A DNA stretch of 64,000 nt from Candidatus Pacebacteria bacterium CG2_30_36_39 (GCA_001873435.1 MNZB01000004.1:14030-78029); one strand, 5' to 3'; counted from the first letter of the stretch, positions 49,200 through 58,436 are shown. Notes: generated by a model not told the origin, from the letters alone. Program-made: numbers and translations.

Positions 49200-50798
49200 C
49201 TATTTTGTTTTTACTTCAGCTCTATTTTCTCTAATAACAGTAACTCTAACACTACCAGGAACCATAACTTTCTCCTGGATCTCGTCGCGAATTTTGACTG
49301 CTAAAACCTCCACATCATCATCTTTAGATTTTTCTGCTTCTAGTAAAACGCGTAATTCACGTCCTGCTTGAACAGCATAAGCCTGTTTAACTTCTGGATA
49401 TGAAGTAGCAATTAATTCTAGGTCTTCTAGACGTTTAATATATTCTTCATGGTTCTCATAACGAGCACCTGGTCTAGCGCCAGAGATAGCATCAGCTACA
49501 TAAACAGCCATTTGTTCTGGACCAGTAAAAGGTTCGTCTTCATGGTGTTGAGCGATACAATCAACTACTGCCTGTGGCATACCAAATTTTTTGGCAATAC
49601 GTACACCCAGAGCAATATGGTTATCATCTGGATCTTCAGCTACTTTACCAATATCGTGTAGCAAACAACCCAATTTAACTATATTTACATCTAAACCAAG
49701 TTCATGAGCAACTTTAGTACCGATTTTAGTTTCCTCCATGGTGTGAGTAATCATGTTTTGACCATAAGAAAAACGATATTTAAAGCGACCCAACATAGCA
49801 ATTAAGCCAGAGGGAAGATTATAAACACCCACAGCATGACAAAGTTGTTTACCAGCTTCAAAAATTACCTTTTCAATTTCTTTTTCGACTTTATCAACAA
49901 CTTCTTCAATGCGAGTTGGTTGAATGCGACCATCTTTAACTAGTCTTTCCAAAGAAATTCTAGCAATTTCACGACGAACTGGGTCAAAACAAGAAAGTTT
50001 TACTTCTGTTGGTGAAGCATCAAGATCCACATCAACACCAGTGCGACGTTCAAATGAGTGAATGTTTCTACCACTCTTGCCAATGATTTTGCCTTTGATT
50101 TCTTCAGAGGGGATATCTACGACTGATACTGTGTATTCTGCTACGTTATCAGTGGCACCATATTTCATAGCGTCAATTAAGATTTGAGCAGCTTTATCGT
50201 CAGCTTCTTGCTTGGCTACTTCTTCTTGTTCACGGATGTACTTAGCCATTTCACTGGCCATTTTCTTTTCCAAACCATCCATGAGCATTCTCTTGGCTTC
50301 ATCTTGAGATAGTTTTGAAACTTTTTGAAGATTTTCTAAGATTTTTTCTTTAGTTTTTTCAATTTCCAATTTGGTATTGGCAATTTTTTCTTTTTCTTGC
50401 TCTAGATAGTCTTCTTTGCGCTCTAGGCCAGAGAGACGGTCATCTAGGCGATCTAATTTATTTTCCAAAAACTTTTGTTGTTCTTCCAATTGTTTTTCAA
50501 TTTTGCGAGCTTTTTTCTCAGCTTCAGTATGAATAGCCATTGCTTCATCTTTGGCTTCAACAATAATTTCTCGAGCTTTTGCTTGAGCTTCACGAAGAGC
50601 AACCTGATTATCAACGCTTAGTTGAATAGGTCTAACTACCGGTTGAGCTTGTGGGGCAACTGGATTTTTGCTTTTAGCTGGCTTTGCCTTTTCAGGTTTT
50701 TTAGCTAATTTGAGTTGTGGTGCGTTTGCCTGAGGAGCTTTTGCTCCACTAGGAAGCTGTTCACCAAACAGCCTAGATAGATTATTAAAAAATGACAT
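49200..50798 (-). CDS. rny: ribonuclease Y
   Basis: N-terminal TM and coiled-coil, KH domain (GKIIGKSGRNIHSFERRTGVDVDLD), HD domain (LLHDIGK...HH). RBS AAGAGG. Confidence 0.9.
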   Translation of the reverse strand: MSFFNNLSRLFGEQLPSGAKAPQANAPQLKLAKKPEKAKPAKSKNPVAPQAQPVVRPIQLSVDNQVALREAQAKAREIIVEAKDEAMAIHTEAEKKARKIEKQLEEQQKFLENKLDRLDDRLSGLERKEDYLEQEKEKIANTKLEIEKTKEKILENLQKVSKLSQDEAKRMLMDGLEKKMASEMAKYIREQEEVAKQEADDKAAQILIDAMKYGATDNVAEYTVSVVDIPSEEIKGKIIGKSGRNIHSFERRTGVDVDLDASPTEVKLSCFDPVRREIARISLERLVKDGRIQPTRIEEVVDKVEKEIEKVIFEAGKQLCHAVGVYNLPSGLIAMLGRFKYRFSYGQNMITHTMEETKIGTKVAHELGLDVNIVKLGCLLHDIGKVAEDPDDNHIALGVRIAKKFGMPQAVVDCIAQHHEDEPFTGPEQMAVYVADAISGARPGARYENHEEYIKRLEDLELIATSYPEVKQAYAVQAGRELRVLLEAEKSKDDDVEVLAVKIRDEIQEKVMVPGSVRVTVIRENRAEVKTK

Positions 50799-50886
50799 AG
50801 TTTACCTCTTTCATATAAGTACTAACATATTTCTTTTCTCAAAAAAACATTTGAGAGAAAAGAGTTAACTTAGGATTTTGATATGG

Positions 50887-51103
50887 AAAAACTAGAGGAG
50901 TTTCCTCTAGACAGACGCGAAGAGCGATCGGGGACCGACAGGCTGATTTATTGCATTACTGCGAGTCATAATATTAATAAGTTTGTCCGATATATTCGAT
51001 AATTCTGTTTGCGTTTTTTCCATTTAGACTTAAATTTTTTCAAACTCAAGTCACTTCGCAAGTTACTGGCTGAGATTATATGCCCTCTTGGCACTTTAGT
51101 CAA
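50887..51103 (-). ncRNA. candidate ~180-nt sRNA or terminator-attenuated rny leader: consensus promoter (TTGACT-17-TATAAT) followed by intrinsic terminator
   Basis: Minus strand TTGACTaaagtgccaagagggcaTATAAT (-35 at 51098..51103, -10 at 51075..51080). About 180 nt downstream lies CTAGAGGA-aac-TCCTCTAG followed by TTTTTCC (50887..50910), 90 nt before the rny start. Confidence 0.35.
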
Positions 51104-51176
51104 TGAAAAACATTTTCAATAACTTAAAGTATAGGACTATATATCAATCCTTTTGGCACTTTTACACCTAATTTGG

Positions 51177-52235
51177 CTATTTTTTAGCTGCTTCCTCGCT
51201 ATTTTGGATAGATTCCCAGATTTTTTTCTCAATTTCTTTGCATAAAGGGTGATCTTCTATCAAGCGCTGTTTAGCAGCCTCTCTGCCTTGAGCAAGAACT
51301 TCTCCATTGTATTTAAAGAAGCTTCCTGATTTTTCAATCACTCCCTTTTCTACACCAATGTCTACCACATCTCCTTCTCTGGAAATACCGTTTACATCCA
51401 TATCAAATTCAGCAGCTTTAAAAGGTGGGGCCATTTTGTTTTTCTTGACCTTCACACGATGGCGGCTACCTACAATATTCTCACCTTCTTGGATATTACC
51501 AATTTTACGAATATCCAAACGCAATGAAGCATAAAATTTCAAGGCATTGCCACCAGTAGTAGTTTCTGGACTACCGAACATAACTCCAATCTTCATACGA
51601 ATTTGATTGGTGAAAATCATTAAGGTATTGGTTTTGCTTAGAGCTGCAGTTAATTTGCGCATAGCTTGAGACATTAAACGAGCCTGGGTACCCATTTGAT
51701 GATCACCCATGTCTCCTTCTATTTCAGATTTAGGAACTAAGGCTGCCACTGAATCAACAACAACTATATCAACTCCACCAGATCTGACTAGGGTTTCTGC
51801 AATTTCCAATGCTTGCTCACCATAGTCTGGTTGAGAAATTAATAATTCATCTAAATTGACACCAATTTTTTCTGCACGAACTGGATCCAAAGCATGTTCA
51901 ACATCAATAAAAGCTGCTACTCCGCCATGTTTTTGAACTTCAGCGATGGCATGCAAACACAAAGTGGTTTTACCAGAGGCTTCTGGACCATAAATTTCAA
52001 CAATTCTTCCCCTAGGAAAACCTCCTACGCCTAAGGCCATATTCAAAGCTAAAGAACCAGTAGAAACTACTGGGATTTTGGGCATATTTTTTAAAGATTC
52101 ACCCATTTTCATGATTGAACCCTTGCCAAATTGATGTTCAATTTGTTGCATGGCAATGCCAACAGCTTGATTTTTTCCATCTTGAGTACTGGTTAGATTA
52201 TCATTTTCTGAAGAAATGGATTTTTTTCGTGCCAT
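51177..52235 (-). CDS. recA: recombinase RecA
   Basis: Walker [11 protein letters not shown]1/L2 loops, IDVEHALDP, 352 aa. Unmistakable RecA. Confidence 0.97.
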   Translation of the reverse strand: MARKKSISSENDNLTSTQDGKNQAVGIAMQQIEHQFGKGSIMKMGESLKNMPKIPVVSTGSLALNMALGVGGFPRGRIVEIYGPEASGKTTLCLHAIAEVQKHGGVAAFIDVEHALDPVRAEKIGVNLDELLISQPDYGEQALEIAETLVRSGGVDIVVVDSVAALVPKSEIEGDMGDHQMGTQARLMSQAMRKLTAALSKTNTLMIFTNQIRMKIGVMFGSPETTTGGNALKFYASLRLDIRKIGNIQEGENIVGSRHRVKVKKNKMAPPFKAAEFDMDVNGISREGDVVDIGVEKGVIEKSGSFFKYNGEVLAQGREAAKQRLIEDHPLCKEIEKKIWESIQNSEEAAKK

Positions 52236-52435
52236 ATTTTTCTTTCTATACTAATTGCGTATACCCACACATTACCCCAAACAATATGTCATAGCAAGTC
52301 GTGAATTATTGACTTGGAGAAGAATGTTTACTAACAAGAGTCTATAGGTAAAAAATAACAACTATATGACACGTTAAATAAACTTGTTATTAGTTTTCAG
52401 TAAGTTTTGATACAATCAGGGCACCCTAAAAAAAA

Positions 52436-52509
52436 CGGAGAGTGGCGCAGATGGCTAGCGCGCGCGCATGGGGTGCGCGAGGTCGCAGGTTCGAGTCCTG
52501 TCTCTCCGA
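52436..52509 (+). tRNA. tRNA-Pro (anticodon GGG), C1:G72 acceptor, no encoded CCA
   Basis: CGGAGAG-TG-GCGC-AGATGGCTA-GCGC-G-CGCGC-ATGGGGT-GCGCG-AGGTC-GCAGG-TTCGAGT-CCTGT-CTCTCCG-A. Cloverleaf is consistent. Anticodon loop AUGGGGU. Confidence 0.85.
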
Positions 52510-54143
52510 CAATCAGAAAAAAAGCCCTTTTTCTCAAAAGTAGCGAATGGTTCTTCTAATTGATACTTCGCTACTTTTTTGTTATTCACACGTAGGTTCG
52601 AGAAGATTTTTTCAATCAAATAATTTTTTCTACTTAGAGATTTGGTTTTGACGATCTCATCGGGCAATTTCTTAACTTGTTCGGTGAATTTAGAAAATGT
52701 CAAAATACTTGATTTGTTATTCTCAATCTGTTTTTCAATCTCAATTAATGCTGATTCAAATTCTTTGAGCTTTTTTCTATTTTCTTTCAGCTCTGATTCA
52801 TAATCTTCTCGTAGCTCTCGATCAGATATATCAAGTAGATACTTTTTGATTTTGATATTTTGCTGATTTAGACCAGCTTTTTGCGTAACAATTGATTTTT
52901 GTTCTACCCTGAGTAAAGCTAACCTATCTTTTTGAACCCTTTTAGACTCCTCTACATAATGCTCATATACCTCTTTTGTGGCAATGTTGGTATTTTTAAG
53001 AAAATCAACAACAAAATCTACTAAAACTCTAGCTCTAACGTGGTGTTGAACTTTTTTACCTGAGATATTTTTAAAAGAACATTTTTTGTTGTCACATCTA
53101 AAATAAAACTTGTTACCTTTGCTTGGTGAAGTGATTGAAACATACATTGTTTCACCACAATGATCACAAATAACTCGACCATTAAGTAGTCTACCCTTAA
53201 CATTCTTTTTCACTCTCTTGTCATATCTCCTCAAGAATGATTCTCTGTTTTTCTTAGTAATATTATTGATCTTGAAAAAGTGAGCAGGGCTAACTACTGG
53301 CACGAAATCAAATATCTCCATCAAATTAATAACCTTATCGCCATATCGCATTACCCCTGCATAAATTGGATCTGAAAACATTTCACTCAGACGTTTTTGA
53401 TCAAATGAATAGGGTTTTCTTTGATTTATCTTATTCGTTACTGGCTTAGTAAAATTATGTGTGTTGAGATACTCCTCAATTTCTCTATATATAGCCCCCT
53501 CAAACCTCATTTTCCAAGCTTCCCTGATCAAGACATAGTTATCACCATCGGGCTGTAATCGGTGCATATCGTCTTTAAAATAACCGTGTTTTGGTACTGT
53601 TAGCCAACCACCCTCTTCGGCTCTCTTATGAAGCCCTCTTTTTACATCTTTACTCAGAGCATCTGAATATTGTTTTGATAAAACAAAAGTAATGCCCAAC
53701 ATCACCTTGCCTGATTCATTATTTTCAAAGGAAAAAGAGGGAAATTTTAGATCCTTGATAATTCCTTTATCAAGCAGATCAATAATTTCACCTGCTTCTT
53801 TCATATTTCGAGCTAAACGATTTGGATGCCAAGCTAAAATACCTTGATACTTACCAGCCTTTACATCTTCAATCATTTTTCTAAACTTAGGACGAATATC
53901 AGGGTCTTTAGCACTCTCTTTTTCCTGAATATATGGCTCTATAACAATGAGCTTCTCTTTTCGAGCAAAGTTAAGGCACTCATCAATCTGGTCTGGAAGT
54001 GATTTCTCTTGTTTATCTTTGTCTTTTGTTGATCTTCGAGCATACAAAACATACTTGTATGATTTTGGATCATCTTCAACAATGGTATCTGCTTTTAAAT
54101 TTTTGAAGTATTCAAAAAAATCTTTTTGAGTAATATCAACCAT
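52455..54143 (-). CDS. large serine recombinase (resolvase/invertase catalytic domain + recombinase domain + zinc ribbon + coiled coil)
   Basis: N-terminal YARRSTKDKDKQEKSLPDQ (catalytic Ser), zinc ribbon CDHCGETMYVS...FRCDNKKC, 562 aa. The 3' 55 nt overlap the tRNA-Pro on the opposite strand. Confidence 0.85.
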   Translation of the reverse strand: MVDITQKDFFEYFKNLKADTIVEDDPKSYKYVLYARRSTKDKDKQEKSLPDQIDECLNFARKEKLIVIEPYIQEKESAKDPDIRPKFRKMIEDVKAGKYQGILAWHPNRLARNMKEAGEIIDLLDKGIIKDLKFPSFSFENNESGKVMLGITFVLSKQYSDALSKDVKRGLHKRAEEGGWLTVPKHGYFKDDMHRLQPDGDNYVLIREAWKMRFEGAIYREIEEYLNTHNFTKPVTNKINQRKPYSFDQKRLSEMFSDPIYAGVMRYGDKVINLMEIFDFVPVVSPAHFFKINNITKKNRESFLRRYDKRVKKNVKGRLLNGRVICDHCGETMYVSITSPSKGNKFYFRCDNKKCSFKNISGKKVQHHVRARVLVDFVVDFLKNTNIATKEVYEHYVEESKRVQKDRLALLRVEQKSIVTQKAGLNQQNIKIKKYLLDISDRELREDYESELKENRKKLKEFESALIEIEKQIENNKSSILTFSKFTEQVKKLPDEIVKTKSLSRKNYLIEKIFSNLRVNNKKVAKYQLEEPFATFEKKGFFSDCRRDRTRTCDLAHPMRAR

Positions 54144-54160
54144 ATCATCATTTTAAACCT

Positions 54161-54640
54161 TTAAGATGGTGGTGTAAGAGTGTAACCCATATTATCTAGT
54201 ATTCTTTGATACGCACCTAGTAAGTTATTAATTGTTTTTGGATCATTTTTAACACTCTCTATTGCTTGATTTTCGGCTTCTTTGATCTCATCTCGACTGA
54301 ACTCTTCCTTTGTTGCTCTGCTGTTTGTTGCAACCCATTGAATGAACTTGATCTGATCTCTGGTAAGTCCAGAGCCACCTGCTTGTTTGGTTTTAATCAA
54401 TTCTAATTCGTTGCTAACAATCTCGGCTACTACTATTGACAGGTGGTTTTGGGCTACCTCAATTCTTTCCGCAAATTCTGAATTTTCAGATTGCAAATCA
54501 TAGATGGTTGACTTTGGTATTTGGGCTTTAAGACAGGCTTTATTGATACTCAAACCAGCCTTTAAGTATGGTTCTAGTTTTCGGAAGAGTGTATCAACTT
54601 GTTTATCACTTAGGGCTGGTCTGCCTATATTTTGACTCAT
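54161..54640 (-). CDS. HTH DNA-binding protein resembling phage terminase small subunit N-terminus (tentative)
   Basis: GRPALSDKQVDTLFRKLEPYLKAGLSINKACLKAQIPKSTIYDL follows the GRP...e.i...G.s...c...gis..T pattern of TerS-type HTH domains. Confidence 0.4.
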   Translation of the reverse strand: MSQNIGRPALSDKQVDTLFRKLEPYLKAGLSINKACLKAQIPKSTIYDLQSENSEFAERIEVAQNHLSIVVAEIVSNELELIKTKQAGGSGLTRDQIKFIQWVATNSRATKEEFSRDEIKEAENQAIESVKNDPKTINNLLGAYQRILDNMGYTLTPPS

Positions 54641-54707
54641 ACTTTAATTATAAAAGAAATAAATCAGATTTTTCTGTTTTTGATGTGTTTATAATGCGTT
54701 ATAAAGA

Positions 54708-54740
54708 ATGCAAAAAGGGCTAATGTTTAATTAGCCCTTT
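54708..54740 (-). terminator. intrinsic terminator AAAGGGCTAAT-gttta-ATTAGCCCTTT plus U-run, after the Ltp gene
   Basis: Perfect 11-bp stem followed by TTTTTGCATTC on the minus strand. Confidence 0.6.
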
Positions 54741-54767
54741 AGTATTCGATTAAACAGATTGGTGATG

Positions 54768-55316
54768 TTATAAACCTACAGCATCAGCTCCATAACTGGC
54801 TTGTTCTGTTGTAAAGCCTTCAAACTCTAATTGATTTATTAAGCTTTCTCTTGAATAACCAGAAATATCTAGGTACGACTTAGCCTTTTTTGAGGCTTGT
54901 TCATTCCAATCAGCCCCAACTGCATCAACTGCATAAGTAGCATCTTCTGTAGAGAACTTTTCAAACTCTAGTTGTTTTATTAAGCCACTTCTTGAATAGC
55001 CTGAAATACTCAAATATGACTTTGCTTTTCTAACAGCATTTTTTTGAGATACAGTTTCGGAAGCATTACTATCTTCCGATTTGGTTGTGTCACTTTCTTC
55101 AATGACTTCTGTATTAGGTGATATGGTATTAGATTGGCTAGTTGGTGTATCACTACCACCAGAACTAGCTCCAATTACAATAAAGAGAAGGATAATTCCT
55201 AGAATACCAGTTAATATCGGGTGACGTTGTGCCCAATTACCCTGCTTTTCTTGACAATACGGACATTTTTTTGCTTTGTTATCGATTTCTTTTTGACAGC
55301 TACGACATTTTTTCAT
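54768..55316 (-). CDS. Ltp-family (host cell surface-exposed lipoprotein) superinfection-exclusion-like protein with N-terminal zinc ribbon and TM anchor
   Basis: CRSCQKEIDNKAKKCPYCQ ribbon, TM helix, Ser/Thr-rich linker, then two copies of AKSYL.ISGYSR.GLI.QLEFE.F..E.A.Y..DAVG (the Ltp repeat known from TP-J34-like prophages). Confidence 0.7.
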   Translation of the reverse strand: MKKCRSCQKEIDNKAKKCPYCQEKQGNWAQRHPILTGILGIILLFIVIGASSGGSDTPTSQSNTISPNTEVIEESDTTKSEDSNASETVSQKNAVRKAKSYLSISGYSRSGLIKQLEFEKFSTEDATYAVDAVGADWNEQASKKAKSYLDISGYSRESLINQLEFEGFTTEQASYGADAVGL

Positions 55317-55358
55317 AGGGTAACCCTTTCGTTGTTCTAATCTTGTGGTTAATTATAT

Positions 55359-55405
55359 AGCAAATTGGGTGTTTACAACATAACTAATCCAATGTCTACA
55401 ACGTG
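55359..55405. promoter_or_regulatory. operator-like repeat cluster between divergent Ltp and XRE genes
   Basis: GTGTTTACAACATAACTAATCCAATGTCTACAACGTGGTGTAAACAT: imperfect inverted repeat (GTGTTTACA / TGTAAACAt) and direct repeat TACAAC. Confidence 0.35.
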
Positions 55406-55438
55406 GTGTAAACATAGGAATGGCACAACAATTAGAAT

Positions 55439-55711
55439 GTGTCATCTGCTAAATATAAACCATCATTGTCTAAACCTGAACAAGATAAATTAAGAAAACA
55501 ATTTACTCGAAAATTAGCAATTCATCTCAGGTCTGTTAGAGAGGAAAAAGGTCTTACTCAGGAAGACTTGGCTTTTAAAGCTGGAATCAACACAGCTTAT
55601 TACAGCCATTTAGAGCGTGGTGTTTATAGTCCAACTATGTTTGTAATTTGGAAAATAGCAGAAGCTCTTAAAATTGATTTAGAAAATTTTATGAAAGGTT
55701 TTGACTATTAA
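55439..55711 (+). CDS. XRE-family (Cro/CI-type) HTH transcriptional regulator
   Basis: LRSVREEKGLTQEDLAFKAGINTAYYSHLERG is the canonical HTH_XRE. Confidence 0.8.
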   Translation: MSSAKYKPSLSKPEQDKLRKQFTRKLAIHLRSVREEKGLTQEDLAFKAGINTAYYSHLERGVYSPTMFVIWKIAEALKIDLENFMKGFDY

Positions 55712-55752
55712 GTAGCAAATACATAATTAATTCGGTGAGATTAATGTAGATA

Positions 55753-55890
55753 TTAATAGTCTAAGGTAATAACATCACCATCGTCACTTATAGCCTGATC
55801 ATCATCCAAATCTTGGCTGGGTTCATTATCTTGGTTGTCATTATCAACCTCATCAACTAAATCGGTTAAATAATCTTTTTGTGAGTTCAT
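55753..55890 (-). CDS. 45-aa highly acidic small protein (own ORF call, below the track size cutoff)
   Basis: Own translation MNSQKDYLTDLVDEVDNDNQDNEPSQDLDDDQAISDDGDVITLDY. Inside the integrative element. Confidence 0.3.
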   Translation of the reverse strand: MNSQKDYLTDLVDEVDNDNQDNEPSQDLDDDQAISDDGDVITLDY

Positions 55891-56133
55891 ATCACTATTA
55901 TAGCGTGATTGCTTGATATTTTTCTTCACTAATTTTTACATTTCCCTTGAAGTAATCTGTATAGTAATCAACAACTATTGATAATTCTGGTAGTTGAGAG
56001 ATGATGGTATCATAGAGAAGTTCGGGATAGCTTTCCCGTTTTCGACAAAACTTTTTAATCATATAGTTTTCATCCAATAAATTAGCTTTGGCTGGGTAAA
56101 AAGAGCTATAATGTCTTTTTTAAAGAAAAAAAT

Positions 56134-57897
56134 ATGATCTCTGTATTCAAACGTCTCTACCACTTCATTTGGCAACGCAAATGGCCATTCATTCTTGGCA
56201 CCATCCCAATGATGTCTTCTATGTGTCTATATAATTTGGCGCCATTTTTTGTCAAGTGGCTTACTCAAGCAGTACAAGATAACTCAATGGATCATGCTTT
56301 CCAATTAGTTCTTTTTTTTGGCTTAATTCTTTTTATCAGCAATCTATTGGAAAACATTGGTTACTATGTCACCGATAAAAATATGGTTGGTACCTCAAAT
56401 GACATTTCCAAAGCTGTTCTAACTCATATCCACAATCTAGACTTTGCTTATCACACCAACAAGAGCTCTGGCAAACTAATTAGCTTAATGAAAAGAGGTG
56501 ACGACGCTTTTTTTGCTTACTACGACATTATCAATCGCCAGTTTTTAAACTTAGCCATTAGTTTTGCAGTGATGTTCTTTGCCTTTGCTAGACTACGTTT
56601 TGACTACTTACTCTTTGTCATTTCGCTCATCGCCATTACTATTTTTGTTGCTTACTTTTTAATCAAATTCAATATTAAAAGACGTCAAGAATTCAATGAC
56701 GCTGACGACAATGTTTCTTCAGCTAGAGTCGATAATTTAGTTAATTTTGATACTGTCAAATACTTTGCTAATGAAAAATTTGAGCAGACTCGTTTTTCCA
56801 ATCTCCTCGCAATTTGGAATAAAAAGTTACAAGGCTATTTCTTCACCTTCCGTTATTTTGATGGCATTGTTGGCAATCTAATTAATTTTGCTTTGGTAGG
56901 AATTATGTTTCTTGCTGTTAGAGACCTGCAAAACCAACAAATTGTTTTGGCAGATTTCATGCTTGTAGTCACTTTTTCAATGACTCTTTTCCCAAAAATG
57001 ATGCAGCTACTTTTTAACTTGCGTGAACTTGCTAAAAAAAGCACCGACATCAGCACATATCTTGATTTGTTAGATGAAAAAATAACTGTTCCAGATCCAG
57101 ATCAACCACAAAAGATACAAAATATTAAAGGAGAGATTTCTTTCAATGAAGTTGGTTTTTCCTACGAAAACAAACAATCTGTTCTAAAAGATTTTTCTCT
57201 TAAAATAGAAAGTGGTGAGGCCATTGCTTTGGTTGGTTTTTCAGGAGCCGGAAAAACTACCATTGCTAAACTAATAATGCGTATGTATGACCCAACTAGT
57301 GGTCAAATTTCAATTGATGGCGTTGCTATTAATAAATTGCTCAAAAATGATTTGCGTAAAATAGTTGGAGTAGTTCCTCAAGATCCGCTGTTGTTCAACA
57401 ACACTGTTTACTTCAATATTGCCTATGCCAACCAAAAAGCCACTAAAGAAGAGGTTTTGGCAGCCGCTAAAGCAGCTCAAGTAGATGTTTTTATCAAAGA
57501 CCTACCAAATGGCTATGAAACCATAGTTGGTGAACGTGGTATTAAATTATCAGGTGGTCAAAGACAACGTCTAGCTATTGCTAGAATGCTTCTAGAAAAG
57601 CCTAAAGTTATTATCTTGGATGAAGCTACTAGCTCGTTGGATAGTGCCTCAGAGCAAATAATTCAAAAAGCTTTTTGGGACCTAGTTAGAGATCGAGAAA
57701 ATCCTCGTACCAGCATTATTATTGCTCACCGTCTTTCTACTATCATCCAGACCGATCGCATTGTTGTTATGAATGAAGGTCAAATCGCAGAGATCGGAAC
57801 GCACGAAGAATTGATTGAAAAAGATGGTGGTATTTACCAAAGACTTTGGTCTCTACAGCGCAATGGCTTTATTGGTGATGGAGAAAGTGATCAATAA
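56134..57897 (+). CDS. ABC exporter, fused permease and ATPase (MsbA/type-I exporter-like)
   Basis: Six N-terminal TM helices, Walker A GFSGAGKTT, signature LSGGQRQRLAIAR, Walker B IILDEATS, H-loop AHRL. Confidence 0.9.
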   Translation: MISVFKRLYHFIWQRKWPFILGTIPMMSSMCLYNLAPFFVKWLTQAVQDNSMDHAFQLVLFFGLILFISNLLENIGYYVTDKNMVGTSNDISKAVLTHIHNLDFAYHTNKSSGKLISLMKRGDDAFFAYYDIINRQFLNLAISFAVMFFAFARLRFDYLLFVISLIAITIFVAYFLIKFNIKRRQEFNDADDNVSSARVDNLVNFDTVKYFANEKFEQTRFSNLLAIWNKKLQGYFFTFRYFDGIVGNLINFALVGIMFLAVRDLQNQQIVLADFMLVVTFSMTLFPKMMQLLFNLRELAKKSTDISTYLDLLDEKITVPDPDQPQKIQNIKGEISFNEVGFSYENKQSVLKDFSLKIESGEAIALVGFSGAGKTTIAKLIMRMYDPTSGQISIDGVAINKLLKNDLRKIVGVVPQDPLLFNNTVYFNIAYANQKATKEEVLAAAKAAQVDVFIKDLPNGYETIVGERGIKLSGGQRQRLAIARMLLEKPKVIILDEATSSLDSASEQIIQKAFWDLVRDRENPRTSIIIAHRLSTIIQTDRIVVMNEGQIAEIGTHEELIEKDGGIYQRLWSLQRNGFIGDGESDQ

Positions 57898-57928
57898 TAA
57901 GAATTTGTGTATATTTACTAGAAAATAA

Positions 57929-57970
57929 TATCCTATAACTATTGATTAATTACATATTTTGTTATACAAT
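57929..57970 (+). promoter_or_regulatory. sigma70-like promoter TTGATT-17-TACAAT with upstream TATCCTATA element; ~195-nt leader to the GC-rich small membrane protein gene
   Basis: Plus strand TATCCTATAACTATTGATTaattacatattttgttaTACAAT. Fourth occurrence of the TATCCTATA-N3..7-(-35) arrangement. Confidence 0.5.
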
Positions 57971-58170
57971 GATAGATTCTGCAAAATAAATAAAGTTGTG
58001 TTATCGCAACACTTATTTTTGTTTAGTCTGCAGTAAGTTCTTTAAAAAAACTTGTTGTAATTATTCTTTGGCGATCAGCACTCAAGATATCTATTTTGGT
58101 ATTTTGAGCGCTGTTCACCAAGAATGGCCATCTTACCCATTCCGGGTGAGACGTAGATTTGGAGGAAGTT

Positions 58171-58380
58171 ATGAACTTCGCAATCCTATTCTTTGGCGGG
58201 TTATTGCTGATTGTGGTGGGCTTTGTGCTCATCTTGATCAACATGGCTAAAGCCAGAAAACGCGAGTCAACCGGTAAAACTATCGGCGGACACTGCGGCG
58301 GCATGGCAATTATGTTCGTAGGAATTGTCGTTACCCTCTCGGGAACGATTGGTTGGCTCATCGCCAACTTTCCTTTCTAA
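58171..58380 (+). CDS. 69-aa two-TM small membrane protein, compositionally atypical (higher GC)
   Basis: MNFAILFFGGLLLIVVGFVLILINMAKARKRESTGKTIGGHCGGMAIMFVGIVVTLSGTIGWLIANFPF. RBS GGAGG 5 nt upstream of the ATG. The track start is an upstream TTG. Confidence 0.55.
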   Translation: MNFAILFFGGLLLIVVGFVLILINMAKARKRESTGKTIGGHCGGMAIMFVGIVVTLSGTIGWLIANFPF

Positions 58381-58403
58381 CGAATTGCTCAACAAGTTAT
58401 TCA

Positions 58404-58436
58404 AAGCGCCGGGTTCTGCCTGGCGCTTTTTTTATT
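58404..58436 (+). terminator. canonical intrinsic terminator AAGCGCCgGG-ttctg-CCtGGCGCTT plus T8
   Basis: GC-rich stem followed by TTTTTTTATTT, 24 nt after the stop of the small membrane protein gene. Confidence 0.6.

Larger units (their letters stand above)
52436..56130. mobile_element. small integrative element / prophage remnant inserted at the tRNA-Pro 3' end (right boundary uncertain)
   Basis: A large serine recombinase gene overlaps the tRNA 3' end on the opposite strand, followed by a TerS-like HTH protein, an Ltp superinfection-exclusion lipoprotein, an XRE repressor with operator-like repeats and two tiny ORFs. The right end is not defined; no att repeat was found by eye. Confidence 0.45.
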
